A stretch of DNA of 64,000 nucleotides from a phage, in the NCBI GenBank assembly GCA_020857175.1, contig GCA_020857175.1_3048.1, one strand, 5' to 3'. This document shows positions 12,789 to 25,013 of this stretch, one piece after another. Below the pieces are notes generated by a model. The model had not been told where the DNA came from. It saw only the letters and a program-made list of their open reading frames with translations, and did not search any database. Position 1 is the first letter of the stretch; every line of letters starts with the position of its first letter. Made by a program: the position numbers and the translations under genes.

Positions 12789-13132
12789 AGCAGAAAATCT
12801 AATGTATTAGTTTTTTCACAACGAACAACAGAAGGACGTAAAAGATTTTCGTCAATGGCTTCTGACTGAATTTTTTCAATTATACCCGAAGGAATAAATT
12901 TAGCAAATTGAGTTTCAGGAATAGAGTTTTCTTCTAAGAATGCTGTTGTAGCTTCAAGATAACTCATTCCAAACTCTTCTACCATTTTTTCAATAATAAA
13001 TCCATTTTCTTGACGATCAAGAAGCTTTGCTATTTCATCCTTTTCTTTCTTGATTGAAAGTTCTTTTTCTGAAAGACCGGTCTCATCGACCGGACGAATG
13101 TCATTTAGAGAAAACTGTGTCATAAAGTTCAA
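12785..13132 (-). CDS. 33: late transcription co-activator gp33
   Basis: 115-codon ORF at T4 gene 33 position. Confidence 0.7.
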   Translation of the reverse strand: MNFMTQFSLNDIRPVDETGLSEKELSIKKEKDEIAKLLDRQENGFIIEKMVEEFGMSYLEATTAFLEENSIPETQFAKFIPSGIIEKIQSEAIDENLLRPSVVRCEKTNTLDFLL

Positions 13133-13370
13133 CTACCTCTTCAGTTTCAGCTTCAAACACATCACGATTATCTTTATGATACAAAGCTAATAGACGATTA
13201 AACATCTTACCATCAACGCCAAGTTCATCTTTAGCACGAATTCGAATATCTTTAATCAGTTCATTATAACCGGAAATTTTCAGTTTATGATCAGATGCTT
13301 CTTTAATAAATTTAGCCAAGTCTTCGCCATGGATAGCTTCATCAAATTCAACCATTTCTTTTTTAGCCAT
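13101..13370 (-). CDS. dsbA: dsDNA-binding protein DsbA
   Basis: 89 aa, position between rnh and 33. Confidence 0.7.
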   Translation of the reverse strand: MAKKEMVEFDEAIHGEDLAKFIKEASDHKLKISGYNELIKDIRIRAKDELGVDGKMFNRLLALYHKDNRDVFEAETEEVVELYDTVFSK

Positions 13371-13378
13371 TATTCACC

Positions 13379-14296
13379 TCAAAATTCATTAATGCTATTA
13401 GTTAATTTAGAAAGACCCGCTTTTACAAAATATGAATAAATTTTGCCACGCGGTGGTAATTTATATGAATTATAGTAATTCACAATGTTTGAAGCAATAT
13501 TATCAGGAATATAATCAAAATCAATTAGAACTAAATTTTCTTTATAACGATTATACTCAGATTCTGAGAGAAGCACCTTAGCTTGCTCACGGTCATTAGC
13601 AATAGCTTCAACGATTGAAGTTTTCATTGAAGGAGTTCGTTCACCTTCAACTCTGGTAAACCAAAAGTCAGATCGTACTTTAACTGAAGCAACGTTATCC
13701 TTTTTGTCACCCTTAAGAATTTTAGTCATACAATCAATTTCAGCAGAACCGCTTTTAATTTTAACCCATTTCTTGTGCATCGGTGACCATTGCTTAACAT
13801 TTGGATATTTGTGAAGTTGAGTAAAGTCACCGTCCGATGAAATGATTAAAATCTTATGTCCTTCTAAAGAGAACTTTTTAACAAGAACAGCAATGTGGTC
13901 ATCTGCTTCATACTTATCAATATCCATAACAATGTATGGCATATAAGCTTTCAATTCATCTATAACTTTATGACTGGATTCAAAATAACCTTCCCAGTCC
14001 CAAGTAGATTCTTCTCGTGCTTTTCCACGGTTTTTCTTGTAATAATACGCGAAATCACGACGCCAATATCCAGATTTCGCGTTATCAATACACAGTACAA
14101 TTTTAGTGTATCCAAGCGTTTTTGCTTTTTTGACATTAAACTTAATTGAGTTCAATATCAAATGACGAACCATTGATAAATTAATTTTTTCTTTATCTGG
14201 GAAGTTTACCAGAGCAGTTGAAAGAGCAATTTGACTAAAGTCAATAAAGCAAATTCCTTCTTTGTAATCTTCATCCAGCATCATTTCTAAATCCAT
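13379..14296 (-). CDS. rnh: RNase H / 5'-3' exonuclease (FEN family)
   Basis: 305 aa from MDLEMMLDED; acidic-residue clusters typical of flap endonucleases. Confidence 0.8.
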   Translation of the reverse strand: MDLEMMLDEDYKEGICFIDFSQIALSTALVNFPDKEKINLSMVRHLILNSIKFNVKKAKTLGYTKIVLCIDNAKSGYWRRDFAYYYKKNRGKAREESTWDWEGYFESSHKVIDELKAYMPYIVMDIDKYEADDHIAVLVKKFSLEGHKILIISSDGDFTQLHKYPNVKQWSPMHKKWVKIKSGSAEIDCMTKILKGDKKDNVASVKVRSDFWFTRVEGERTPSMKTSIVEAIANDREQAKVLLSESEYNRYKENLVLIDFDYIPDNIASNIVNYYNSYKLPPRGKIYSYFVKAGLSKLTNSINEF

Positions 14297-14358
14297 ATGA
14301 ACCTCGTTCAATTAGTGAGATTTCTATTATATACTATCTAAATCTTAAAGTAAACAGG

Positions 14359-14366
14359 TATAAATA
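14359..14366 (+). promoter_or_regulatory. late promoter TATAAATA upstream of gene 34
   Basis: exact TATAAATA 35 nt upstream of gene 34 ATG. Confidence 0.6.
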
Positions 14367-14400
14367 CTTATTATTGAAAACACAATAGGAGCCCGGGAGA

Positions 14401-17400
14401 ATGGCCGAGATTAAAAGAAAGTTCAGAGCAGAAGATGGTCTGGACGCAGGTGGCGATAAAATAATCAACGTAGCTTTAGCTGATCGTACCGTAGGAACTG
14501 ACGGTGTTAACGTTGATTACTTAATTCAAGAAAACACAGTTCAGCAATATGATCCAACTCGTGGATATTTAAAAGATTTTGTAATCATTTATAATAATCG
14601 TTTTTGGGCAGCAACGGATAATATTCCAAAACCTGCTGGAAATTTTAATAGAATTCGTTGGAAAGCATTACGTACTGATGCCGTATATACAACCGTATCA
14701 TCTGGACCATATCAATTAAAATCCGGAGAAGCAATTTCAGTAGATACATCAGTTGGCAATGACATTGAGTTTACTTTACCACCTTCTCCGCTTGATGGAG
14801 AAACCGTAATAATTCAAGATATCGGTGGAAAACCTGGCATAAATCAGGTTAAAATAAATTCTTCAAATCAGAGTATTGTCGTCAATTTTAGAGGTGAACA
14901 GGTACGTTCAGTTTTAATGACTCATCCAAAGTCACAGATGGTATTCATTTTTAATAATCGTTTGTGGCAAATGTATATTGCTGATTATAGCAGAGAAGCT
15001 GCGATTGTTACTCCATCGACTGCATATCAAGCACAATCTAATGATTTTATCGTACGTAGATTTACTTCTGCTGCACCAATTAATGTTAAACTTCCGAGAT
15101 TTGCTAATCATGGCGATATTATTAATTTCGTTGATTTAGATAAACTGAATCCACTTTATCATACAATTGTTACTACATACGATGAAACGACTTCAGTACA
15201 AGAAGTTGGAACTCATTCCATTGAAGGCCGTACATCGATTGACGGTTTCTTGATGTTTGACGATAATGAGAAATTGTGGAGATTGTTTGACGGGGATAGT
15301 AAAGCACGTTTACGCATTATAACAACTAATTCAAATATTCGTCCAAATGAAGAAGTCATGGTATTTGGCGCGAATAATGGAACAACCCAAACAATTGAAC
15401 TTCAGCTTCCGACTGATATTTCTGTTGGTGATACTGTTAAAATTTCCATGAATTACATGAGAAAAGGACAAACAGTTAAAATCAAAGCTGCTGGTGAAGA
15501 TAAAATTGCTTCTTCAGTTCAATTGCTGCAATTCCCAAAATGTTCAGAATATCCGCCTGAAGCTGAATGGGTAACAGTTCAAGAATTAGTTTTTAATGGT
15601 GAAACTAATTATGTACCAGTTTTGCAACTTGCTTATATAGAAGATTCTGATGGAAAATACTGGGTTGTACAGCAAAACGTTCCAACAGTTGAAAGAGTCG
15701 ATTCTTTAAATAATTCTACTAGAGCAAGATTAGGCGTAATTGCTTTAGCTACACAAGCTCAAGCAAATGCTGATTTAGAAAATTCTCCGCAAAAAGAATT
15801 GGCAATTACTCCAGAAACGTTAGCTAATCGTACTGCTACTGAAACTCGCAGAGGTATTGCAAGAATAGCAACTACTGCTCAAGTAAATCAGAACACCACA
15901 TTCTCTTTTGCAGATGACCTTATCATCACTCCTAAAAAGCTGAATGAAAGAACTGCTACAGAAACTCGTAGAGGTGTCGCTGAAATTGCTACGCAGCAGG
16001 AAACTAATACAGGTACTGATGATACTACAATCATCACTCCTAAAAAGCTTCAAGCTCGTCAAGGTTCTGAATCATTATCTGGTATTGTAACTTTTGTATC
16101 TACCGCAGGAGCTACTCCAGCTTCTAGTCGTGAATTAAATGGTACGAATGTTTATAATAAAAACACTAATAATTTAGTTGTTTCACCTAAAGCTTTGGAT
16201 CAGTATAAAGCTACTCCAACGCAACAAGGCGCAGTAATTTTAGCAGTTGAAAGTGAAGTAATTGCTGGACAAAGCCAAGAAGGATGGGCAAATGCGGTTG
16301 TAACGCCAGAAACGTTACATAAAAAGACATCAACTGATGCAAGAATTGGTTTAATTGAAATTGCTACGCAAAGTGAAGTTAATACAGGAACTGATTATAC
16401 TCGCGCAGTCACTCCTAAAACTTTAAATGACCGTAGAGCAACTGAAAGTTTAAGTGGTATAGCTGAAATTGCTACGCAAGTTGAATTCGACGCAGGCGTC
16501 GACGATACTCGTATCTCTACACCATTAAAAATTAAAACCAGATTTAATAGTACTGATCGTACTTCTGTTGTTGCTCTATCTGGATTAGTTGAATCAGGAA
16601 CTCTCTGGGACCATTATACCCTTAATATTCTTGAAGCAAATGAGACACAGCGTGGTACACTTCGTGTAGCTACACAAGTTGAAGCTGCTGCAGGAACATT
16701 AGATAATGTTTTAATAACTCCTAAAAAGCTTTTAGGTACTAAATCTACCGAATCGCAAGAAGGTGTTATTAAAGTTGCAACTCAGTCTGAAACTGTGACT
16801 GGAACGTCAGCAAATACTGCTGTATCTCCAAAAAATTTAAAATGGATTGTGCAGAGTGAACCAACTTGGGCAGCAACTACTCTGATAAGAGGGTTTGTTA
16901 AAACTTCTTCTGGTTCATTAACGTTTGTTGGTAATGATACGGTAGGTTCAACACAGCCATTAGAATCATATGAGAAAAATGGTTATGCAGTATCACCATA
17001 TGAATTAAATCGCGTATTAGCAAATTATTTGCCATTAAAAGCAAAAGCTGTAGATAGTAATTTATTAGATGGTCTAGATTCGCTCCAGTTCATTCGTAGG
17101 GACATTGCACAAACAGTTAATGGTTCACTAACCTTAACCCAACAAACGAATCTGGGTGCCCCTCTTGTATCATCTAGTACTGCTACATTCGGTGGATCAG
17201 TTTCAGCAAATAGTACATTAACTATTTCTAATACTGGAACGGCAACTCGTCTGATTTTTGAGAAAGGACCTCAAACTGGAACAAACCCGGCTCAAACGAT
17301 GACAGTCAGAGTGTGGGGAAATCAATTTAGCGGGGAATCAGACACAACACGTTCTACCGTATTTGAAGTTAGTGATGAAACGTCTAGTCATTTTTATTCT

Positions 17401-18273
17401 CAGCGTAATAAAGCTGGAAATATAACATTTAATATCAACGGTACAGTAACACCGATAAATGTTAATGCTTCAGGAACATTGAATGCAAATGGTGTAGCAA
17501 CATTTGGTAATTCAGTCACTGCAACTGGTGAAATTATTTCTCGAAGCGCAAATGCTTTCCGTGCTATTAACGGAAATTATGGTTTCATTGTTCGCAATGA
17601 TGGATCAGTAACGAATTTTATGCTTACTGCATCGGGTGATCAGACTGGTGGATTTAATGGATTACGTCCTTTAGCTATTAATAATGCATCTGGCCAAGTA
17701 ACGATTGGTGAAAGCTTAATCATTGCCAAAGGTGCTACTATAAATTCAGGCGGTTTGACTGTTAACTCGAGAATTCGTTCTCAGGGCACTAAAACATCTG
17801 ATTTATACACCCGCGCTCCAACATCTGATACTGTAGGATTCTGGTCAATTGATATTAACGATTCAGCCACTTATAACCAGTTCCCGGGTTATTTTAAAAT
17901 GGTTGAAAAAACTAATGAAGTGACTGGGCTTCCATACTTAGAACGTGGCGAAGAAGTTAAATCTCCTGGTACATTGACTCAGTTTGGTAACACACTTGAT
18001 TCGCTTTACCAAGATTGGATTACTTATCCAACGACCCCAGAAGCACGTACCACTCGCTGGACGCGTACATGGCAGAAAACTAAAAATTCTTGGTCAAGTT
18101 TTGTTCAGGTATTTGATGGAGGTAACCCTCCTCAACCTTCGGATATAGGAGCAATCCCATCTGATAATGGAATAATAGGTAATCTTACTATTCGTGATTT
18201 CTTACGAATTGGTAATGTTCGCATTATTCCTGACCCAGTGAATAAAACTGTTAAATTTGAATGGGTTGAATAA
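14401..18273 (+). CDS. 34: long tail fibre proximal subunit gp34
   Basis: 1290 aa, MAEIKRKFRAEDGLDAGGDKIINVAL start, internal repeats. Confidence 0.9.
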   Translation: MAEIKRKFRAEDGLDAGGDKIINVALADRTVGTDGVNVDYLIQENTVQQYDPTRGYLKDFVIIYNNRFWAATDNIPKPAGNFNRIRWKALRTDAVYTTVSSGPYQLKSGEAISVDTSVGNDIEFTLPPSPLDGETVIIQDIGGKPGINQVKINSSNQSIVVNFRGEQVRSVLMTHPKSQMVFIFNNRLWQMYIADYSREAAIVTPSTAYQAQSNDFIVRRFTSAAPINVKLPRFANHGDIINFVDLDKLNPLYHTIVTTYDETTSVQEVGTHSIEGRTSIDGFLMFDDNEKLWRLFDGDSKARLRIITTNSNIRPNEEVMVFGANNGTTQTIELQLPTDISVGDTVKISMNYMRKGQTVKIKAAGEDKIASSVQLLQFPKCSEYPPEAEWVTVQELVFNGETNYVPVLQLAYIEDSDGKYWVVQQNVPTVERVDSLNNSTRARLGVIALATQAQANADLENSPQKELAITPETLANRTATETRRGIARIATTAQVNQNTTFSFADDLIITPKKLNERTATETRRGVAEIATQQETNTGTDDTTIITPKKLQARQGSESLSGIVTFVSTAGATPASSRELNGTNVYNKNTNNLVVSPKALDQYKATPTQQGAVILAVESEVIAGQSQEGWANAVVTPETLHKKTSTDARIGLIEIATQSEVNTGTDYTRAVTPKTLNDRRATESLSGIAEIATQVEFDAGVDDTRISTPLKIKTRFNSTDRTSVVALSGLVESGTLWDHYTLNILEANETQRGTLRVATQVEAAAGTLDNVLITPKKLLGTKSTESQEGVIKVATQSETVTGTSANTAVSPKNLKWIVQSEPTWAATTLIRGFVKTSSGSLTFVGNDTVGSTQPLESYEKNGYAVSPYELNRVLANYLPLKAKAVDSNLLDGLDSLQFIRRDIAQTVNGSLTLTQQTNLGAPLVSSSTATFGGSVSANSTLTISNTGTATRLIFEKGPQTGTNPAQTMTVRVWGNQFSGESDTTRSTVFEVSDETSSHFYSQRNKAGNITFNINGTVTPINVNASGTLNANGVATFGNSVTATGEIISRSANAFRAINGNYGFIVRNDGSVTNFMLTASGDQTGGFNGLRPLAINNASGQVTIGESLIIAKGATINSGGLTVNSRIRSQGTKTSDLYTRAPTSDTVGFWSIDINDSATYNQFPGYFKMVEKTNEVTGLPYLERGEEVKSPGTLTQFGNTLDSLYQDWITYPTTPEARTTRWTRTWQKTKNSWSSFVQVFDGGNPPQPSDIGAIPSDNGIIGNLTIRDFLRIGNVRIIPDPVNKTVKFEWVE
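15790..16860 (+). repeat. intragenic tandem repeats within gene 34
   Basis: repeated ITPxxLxxRTATETRRG(I/V)AxIATxxxVN units in translation. Confidence 0.6.
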
Positions 18274-18281
18274 GAGGTATT

Positions 18282-19397
18282 ATGGAAAAATTTATGGCAG
18301 AGTTTGGACAAGGATACGTCCAAACGCCATTTTTATCGGAAAGTAATTCAGTAAGATACAAAATAAGCATAGCGGGTTCTTGCCCGCTTTCTACTGCGGG
18401 GCCATATGTTAAATTTCAGGATAATCCCGTTGGAAATCAAACATTTAGTGCAGGTCTTCATTTAAGAGTTTTTGACCCTTCTACGGGAGCATTAGTTGAT
18501 AGCAAGTCATATGCTTTTTCTGCTTCAAACAATACAACATCTGCCGCTTTTGTCAGTTTCATGAATTCTTTGTCAAACAATAGACTTGTTGCTATATTAA
18601 CTAGCGGAAAGGTTAATTTTCCTCCTGAAGTGGTATCTTGGTTAAGGGGAGCAGGAACTTCAGTTTTTCCATCAGATTCAGTATTGTCAAGATTTGACGT
18701 ATCATATGCTGCTTTTTATACTTCTTCTAAAAGAGCTATTGCATTAGAGCATGTTAAACTAAGTAATAGAAAAAGCACAGATGATTATCAAACTATTTTA
18801 GATGTTGTATTTGATAGTTTAGAAGACGTCGGAGCGACAGGATTTCCAAAAAGAACTTATGAAAGTGTAGAGCAATTCATGTCAGCAGTTGGTGGAACTA
18901 ATAACGAAATTGCGCGATTGCCAACTTCAGCTGCTATAAGTAAACTTTCTGACTATAATTTAATTCCTGGTGATGTTCTTTATCTTAAAGCACAGTTATA
19001 TGCTGATGCTGATTTACTTGATCTTGGAACTACAAACATATCCATTCGTTTTTATGATGCATCAAATGGATATATTTCCTCGACCCAAGCTGAGTTTACT
19101 GGGCAAGCTGGGTCTTGGGAATTAAAAGAAGACTATGTAGTTGTTCCAGAAAACGCCGTAGGATTTACGATATATGCACAAAGAACTGCTCAAGCAGGTC
19201 AAGGCGGCATGAGAAATTTAAGTTTTTCTGAAGTATCAAGAAATGGCGGCATTTCAAAACCTGCCGAATTTGGCGTCAACGGTATTCGCGTTAATTATGT
19301 CTGTGAATCGGCTTCACCTCCAGATATAATGGTACTTCCTACACAAGCCTCTTCTAAAACTGGCAAAGTGTTTGGACAGGAATTTAGAGAAGTTTAA
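18282..19397 (+). CDS. 35: long tail fibre hinge connector gp35
   Basis: 371 aa, MEKFMAEFGQGYVQ start. Confidence 0.85.
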   Translation: MEKFMAEFGQGYVQTPFLSESNSVRYKISIAGSCPLSTAGPYVKFQDNPVGNQTFSAGLHLRVFDPSTGALVDSKSYAFSASNNTTSAAFVSFMNSLSNNRLVAILTSGKVNFPPEVVSWLRGAGTSVFPSDSVLSRFDVSYAAFYTSSKRAIALEHVKLSNRKSTDDYQTILDVVFDSLEDVGATGFPKRTYESVEQFMSAVGGTNNEIARLPTSAAISKLSDYNLIPGDVLYLKAQLYADADLLDLGTTNISIRFYDASNGYISSTQAEFTGQAGSWELKEDYVVVPENAVGFTIYAQRTAQAGQGGMRNLSFSEVSRNGGISKPAEFGVNGIRVNYVCESASPPDIMVLPTQASSKTGKVFGQEFREV

Positions 19398-19402
19398 ACT
19401 GA

Positions 19403-19427
19403 GGGAGCCTTCGGGTTCCCTTTTTCT
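19403..19427 (+). terminator. hairpin with UUCG loop plus T-run after gene 35
   Basis: GGGAGCC-TTCG-GGTTCCC then TTTTTCTTT. Confidence 0.5.
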
Positions 19428-19428
19428 T

Positions 19429-19436
19429 TATAAATA
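19429..19436 (+). promoter_or_regulatory. late promoter TATAAATA upstream of gene 36
   Basis: exact TATAAATA 24 nt upstream of gene 36 ATG. Confidence 0.55.
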
Positions 19437-19459
19437 ATATTAAAATAAAGGGGCATATA

Positions 19460-20110
19460 ATGGCTGATTTAAAAGTAGGTTCAACTGTGGGTGGATCTGT
19501 CATTTGGCATCAAGGAAATTTTCCATTGAATTCAGCCGGTGACGATGTACTCTACAAATCATTTAAAATATATTCAGAATATAATAAACCGCAGGCAGCT
19601 GATAACGATTTCGTTTCTAAAGCTAATGGTGGTACTTACGCCGGTCCAATTACTATTAATTACGGGGTAAATAGTTATCTTCAATTAAGTAATAATGAAA
19701 CCCCTATCCGAATTCGTTCTGGTGGCGGCACTGGTAATACTCTTGTAGTTGGCGGCTCTTCCGGTGGTATTAGTTTTAGACCTGCAGGTAGTGAAATCAC
19801 TACTGGACAAATTACTATTACGCCAGAAGGTTTGACAACATTTACCAGGGCTGTAACGGCTCCATCGGTAACTGTTACATCTACTCCTTCCGCAGCATCT
19901 GATGTTACTCGCAAAGATTATGTTGATGGAGCAATAAATACTGTTACAGCAAATGCAAACTCTAGGGTATTACGCTCTGGAGACACTATGACAGGAAATT
20001 TAACTGCGCCAAACCTTTTTTCACAGAATCCTGCATCTCAACCTTCACACGTTCCACGATTTGACCAAATCGTAATTAAGGATTCTGTTCAAGATTTCGG
20101 CTATTATTAA
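19460..20110 (+). CDS. 36: long tail fibre distal connector gp36
   Basis: 216 aa, [12 protein letters not shown] start. Confidence 0.85.
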   Translation: MADLKVGSTVGGSVIWHQGNFPLNSAGDDVLYKSFKIYSEYNKPQAADNDFVSKANGGTYAGPITINYGVNSYLQLSNNETPIRIRSGGGTGNTLVVGGSSGGISFRPAGSEITTGQITITPEGLTTFTRAVTAPSVTVTSTPSAASDVTRKDYVDGAINTVTANANSRVLRSGDTMTGNLTAPNLFSQNPASQPSHVPRFDQIVIKDSVQDFGYY

Positions 20111-20118
20111 GAGGACTT

Positions 20119-23067
20119 ATGGCTACTTTAAAACAAATACAATTTAAAAGAAGCAAAACTGCAGGTCAACGTCCTGCTGCTTCAGTATTAGCCGAAGGTG
20201 AATTGGCTATAAACTTAAAAGATAAAACAATTTTCACAAAAGATGACTCAGGTAGTGTTATAGAATTAGGTTTAAAATATGGAGGAACTATAAATGGGTC
20301 TTTAGAGGTTACAAAAAATATAACTGGAACTTTAATTGGAAATTCTAGCACAGCTACTAAATTGCAAACACCTAGGAAAATTAATGGTATATCTTTTGAT
20401 GGGTCAAAGGACATTACCTTAACTCCATCTGACATAAATGTCAATAGCACAACATTTATAAAAAATAATGGCGAATTACCTACTGATGCTAATTTAGATA
20501 CGTATGGGCCCATTGAAGAATATCTTGGTGTTTGGTCGAAATCTACTTCAACAAATGCGCAACCAGCAAATAAATTCCCAGAAGAAAATGCCGTAGGTGT
20601 ACTAGAAGTGTTTGTGACCGGCAAATTTGCTGGCACTCAGCGTTATACTGTAAGATCTGGTAACGTCTATATTCGTTCCTTATCTGCTAAATGGAATGGC
20701 GTCGATGGTCCATGGGGTGTGTGGCGTAATGTTCAAGCGTCAACTCGTCCACTTTCACAAACGATTGACCTTGATAGCTTGGGAGAATTAGAACATTGTG
20801 GCTTATGGCGAAACAGTTCAAGCGCAATCGCATCATTTGATCGCCATTATCCAGAAGAAGGATCAGCCGCACAAGGATTTTTAGAAATATTTGAAGGTGG
20901 TTTATACACGAGAACTCAGCGTTATACTACCCGCATGGGTATGGTTTATACTCGTTGTCTCGCTGCTGCATGGGATGCTAGTGCACCTAAGTGGGAGGAA
21001 TGGAAGCAGGTTGGTCATGGCACACCAGCGACTTTCTATGATGGAGATCTGAATGATTTTAAAACTCCCGGGTTATATAATATTTTAGACACTGATGCCG
21101 TTATTAACTGTCCTACAGGTGAAGGTTTGCCGACTGTTATTGTTGGTTTGCTGGAAGTTAAACAGCGTGCTTCTGGCGGTGCTATTTTCCAACGTTTCAC
21201 TACCGCAGGAACGGGTGCAACTACTCGCGATCGTATTTTTGAGCGTGCATATACTGGTGGTGCGTGGGGTGCATGGAACGAAGTATATACATCTTATTCT
21301 CTGCCAATTACTTTGGGTATGGGTGGTATTAAAGCTCAATTAGCGGAGTTAGATTGGCAAACCTTTGATTTTGTCCCTGGTAGTATGTTTAGTGTTCCTT
21401 TGAACAAAATAAAGAATATGCCAGCAAATATGGATTGGGGCACGATTGATAGAAACCTGGTTATGTTTTCTGTCGGTCCTAGCGAACATACCGGAACGGG
21501 TCGAACTGTTCAAGTGTGGAGCGGTACTGTATCTCAGGCGAACTATCGTTATTTCGTTGTTCGTATCGCTGGTAATCCAGGAAGTAGGACTAATACTTGT
21601 CGTCGTGTTGTTCTTGAAGACGGATCACATACTTGGACTGCTCAACAAAACTTTAGGGGATTGCTGAATATCACTGCTGCTGTTAATCTTGGTGCTAATC
21701 AGAAAATTTCACTTGCTCCAGGAGCATATATTCAAGCCCCTGCTAGCGGTTCTGGTTCTAATACTTACGCAAATCAGAATACTACCATTGCGCCATTATA
21801 TCAGGCTATTGACGATTCAAATAAAAACCAGTTTGCGCCAATTGTTAAACAGAAAAACACTGTAACAAATATTACTATGGCTTCTGGTATGGATATTGCT
21901 AGTTCAGAATATCGTATCGTTGCTCAGGGTGATTTATCCGCTACTGGAACTACAGCCACTAAATTAGCTACATGGCGTTTCTTGCCGTCTGGCCGATTCA
22001 TGTCACAAAGCCGAGTTTATGCTGGCGCAGCATTCTTGAACACTGATGGTAACATTGCTGGTTCAATCTGGAAGAAATACAACGATGCAACCAATTTAGA
22101 TGCTGCCTTGAATACTCGCCTAGGTAAAGGCGGTGATACGATGACAGGTCGGTTAACAATCAATGCACCTAATGATTCTATTGTATTATCAACAACTGCT
22201 AGTAATTCTTTGCATATTCGCGGTGACATAGACGGGACTGGTAACTGGTATATTGGCAAGGGTGGTGCTGATAATTCGCTAGCATTTTATAGCTATGCTT
22301 CTCAGGCGGCAGTACATATCACAAACAATGGTGAGATTGCGTTAAACCCGCAAAATACCGCAATGGTTAACGTTAACCGTGACCGTGTACACATTAACGG
22401 TTCTGGATGGATTGCTAGACAACCGGGTGATTGGGGCAACCAATGGCGAGTAGAAGCTCCATTATTCGTTGATCATGGTTATGTTGGTCAAGATAGTTAT
22501 TATCCTATTCTTAAAGCAAGAAGCGTTATAACCAATCAAGGATATAGCACCGCTGTTGACTTTGGTATGCGTCGTATTCCATCACAGTGGGGGCAAGCAA
22601 TCATTCGTGTCGGATCCACGGAGGCTTCTCCTGATGCTGGACACCCACAAGCTGTGTTTGAATTCCATCATGATGGATTCTTTTATACACCAGGAAATGG
22701 TAGCTTTAGCGATGTGTATATTCGTTCTGACTCCCGTCTCAAGATTAATAAAGAAGAATTAGAATATGGAGCAGTCGAAAAAGTTTGCCGACTGAAAGTT
22801 TATATTTACGATAAAGTTAAGTCTATTAAAGACCGTAGTGTTATTAAACGTGAAGTTGGTATTATTGCTCAGGACCTTGAAAAGGAATTACCGGAAGCTG
22901 TATCTAAAGTTGAAGTTGATGGATCTGATGTTCTGACAATTTCTAACTCTGCTGTGAATGCTCTTTTAATTAAGGCTATTCAGGAAATGAGTGAAGAAAT
23001 TAAAGAATTGAAAACGCCTCTCTTTACTAAAATTGCTCGCAAAATTAGTAAATATTTTAAATTCTAA
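20119..23067 (+). CDS. 37: long tail fibre distal subunit gp37 with C-terminal intramolecular chaperone-like domain
   Basis: 982 aa, [21 protein letters not shown] start; C-terminal SDSRLK Ser-Lys motif. Confidence 0.85.
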   Translation: MATLKQIQFKRSKTAGQRPAASVLAEGELAINLKDKTIFTKDDSGSVIELGLKYGGTINGSLEVTKNITGTLIGNSSTATKLQTPRKINGISFDGSKDITLTPSDINVNSTTFIKNNGELPTDANLDTYGPIEEYLGVWSKSTSTNAQPANKFPEENAVGVLEVFVTGKFAGTQRYTVRSGNVYIRSLSAKWNGVDGPWGVWRNVQASTRPLSQTIDLDSLGELEHCGLWRNSSSAIASFDRHYPEEGSAAQGFLEIFEGGLYTRTQRYTTRMGMVYTRCLAAAWDASAPKWEEWKQVGHGTPATFYDGDLNDFKTPGLYNILDTDAVINCPTGEGLPTVIVGLLEVKQRASGGAIFQRFTTAGTGATTRDRIFERAYTGGAWGAWNEVYTSYSLPITLGMGGIKAQLAELDWQTFDFVPGSMFSVPLNKIKNMPANMDWGTIDRNLVMFSVGPSEHTGTGRTVQVWSGTVSQANYRYFVVRIAGNPGSRTNTCRRVVLEDGSHTWTAQQNFRGLLNITAAVNLGANQKISLAPGAYIQAPASGSGSNTYANQNTTIAPLYQAIDDSNKNQFAPIVKQKNTVTNITMASGMDIASSEYRIVAQGDLSATGTTATKLATWRFLPSGRFMSQSRVYAGAAFLNTDGNIAGSIWKKYNDATNLDAALNTRLGKGGDTMTGRLTINAPNDSIVLSTTASNSLHIRGDIDGTGNWYIGKGGADNSLAFYSYASQAAVHITNNGEIALNPQNTAMVNVNRDRVHINGSGWIARQPGDWGNQWRVEAPLFVDHGYVGQDSYYPILKARSVITNQGYSTAVDFGMRRIPSQWGQAIIRVGSTEASPDAGHPQAVFEFHHDGFFYTPGNGSFSDVYIRSDSRLKINKEELEYGAVEKVCRLKVYIYDKVKSIKDRSVIKREVGIIAQDLEKELPEAVSKVEVDGSDVLTISNSAVNALLIKAIQEMSEEIKELKTPLFTKIARKISKYFKF

Positions 23068-23100
23068 CAACAAGGGGGAAATGCCCCCTTTGGAGTATAA

Positions 23101-23886
<786 letters not shown>

Positions 23887-23918
23887 TTTTTGAATAAATA
23901 TCCTTAAAAGGAGGGTCT

Positions 23919-24575
23919 ATGGCAGCACCTAGAATATCATTTTCGCCCTCTGATATTCTATTTGGTGTTCTAGATCGCTTGTTCAAAGATAACGCTACCG
24001 GGAAAGTTCTTGCTTCCCGGGTAGCTGTCGTAATTCTTTTGTTTATGATGGCGATTGTTTGGTATAGGGGAGATAGTTTCTTTGAGTACTATAAACAATC
24101 AAAGTATGAAACATACAGTGAAATTATTGAAAAGGAAAGAAATGCACGCTTTGAATCTGTCGCCCTGGAACAACTCCAGATAGTTCACATATCATCTGAG
24201 GCAGACTTTAGTGCGGTGTATTCTTTCCGCCCTAAAAACTTAAACTATTTTGTCGATATTATAGCATATGAAGGAAAATTACCTTCAACAATAAGTGAAA
24301 AATCACTTGGAGGATATCCTGTTGATAAAACTATGGATGAATATGCAGTTCATTTAAATGGACGTCATTATTATTCCAACTCAAAATTTGCTTTTTTACC
24401 AACTAAAAAGCCTACTCCCGAAATAAACTACATGTACAGTTGTCCATATTTTAATTTGGATAATATCTATGCTGGAACGATAACCATGTACTGGTATAGA
24501 AATGATCATATAAGTAATGACCGCCTTGAATCAATATGTTCTCAGGCGGCCAGAATATTAGGAAGGGCTAAATAA
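23919..24575 (+). CDS. t: holin T
   Basis: 218 aa, single N-terminal TM, large periplasmic domain; same length as T4 holin. Confidence 0.85.
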   Translation: MAAPRISFSPSDILFGVLDRLFKDNATGKVLASRVAVVILLFMMAIVWYRGDSFFEYYKQSKYETYSEIIEKERNARFESVALEQLQIVHISSEADFSAVYSFRPKNLNYFVDIIAYEGKLPSTISEKSLGGYPVDKTMDEYAVHLNGRHYYSNSKFAFLPTKKPTPEINYMYSCPYFNLDNIYAGTITMYWYRNDHISNDRLESICSQAARILGRAK

Positions 24576-24848
24576 TTATTTGTTCGTATACATCTCTAGA
24601 TATCGATATACACCCTCAAAACCCTCGTTGAATTCGTCGATGAGGGTTTTCTTATCTTCTTGAGTTAATTCAGAAACAATTTTACGGAATGAATTCTGAT
24701 TTAATTTTCTACCTTCATGCGTTACTCCAATCTCATTCAGAAATGCAATAAAATTAGCACGATTTTCAACAATATCTTCTCTGGAAAATTTAATTAAAAT
24801 AGACGCAACAGTAATAATTTCACGAACTGTATCAATATTTTTATTCAT
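24576..24848 (-). CDS. asiA: anti-sigma70 factor AsiA
   Basis: 90 aa MNKNIDTVREIITVASILIKFSREDIVENRANFIAFLNEIG matches recalled AsiA. Confidence 0.85.
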   Translation of the reverse strand: MNKNIDTVREIITVASILIKFSREDIVENRANFIAFLNEIGVTHEGRKLNQNSFRKIVSELTQEDKKTLIDEFNEGFEGVYRYLEMYTNK

Positions 24849-24860
24849 TAACTATACCAC

Positions 24861-25013
24861 TCAATTAGTTGACTTTGTTATAATATCATCAGACGCTTGA
24901 TTTGTAAACTGGTCTGTGTTATTTTCTTCAAAAATTTTTTCTACGAATTCCTTGAACGACTCACGTTCCTGAGCTACATTATGCTCGATTACATTTTCAA
25001 GATTATGACTCAT
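24861..25013 (-). CDS. small acidic protein (50 aa)
   Basis: ATG overlaps stop of upstream ORF (ATGA); hand translation MSHNLENVIEHNVAQERESFKEFVEKIFEENNTDQ...; below track length cutoff. Confidence 0.35.
   Translation of the reverse strand: MSHNLENVIEHNVAQERESFKEFVEKIFEENNTDQFTNQASDDIITKSTN

Noticed and set aside
15820-16062. 80-aa minus-strand ORF inside gene 34
   Set aside because: Antisense to a well-supported 1290-aa tail fibre gene, Cys/Ser-rich low-complexity translation, no RBS; treated as spurious.
20166-22259. Several minus-strand ORFs (60 to 156 aa) within gene 37
   Set aside because: Embedded antisense in the tail fibre gene with no independent signals.
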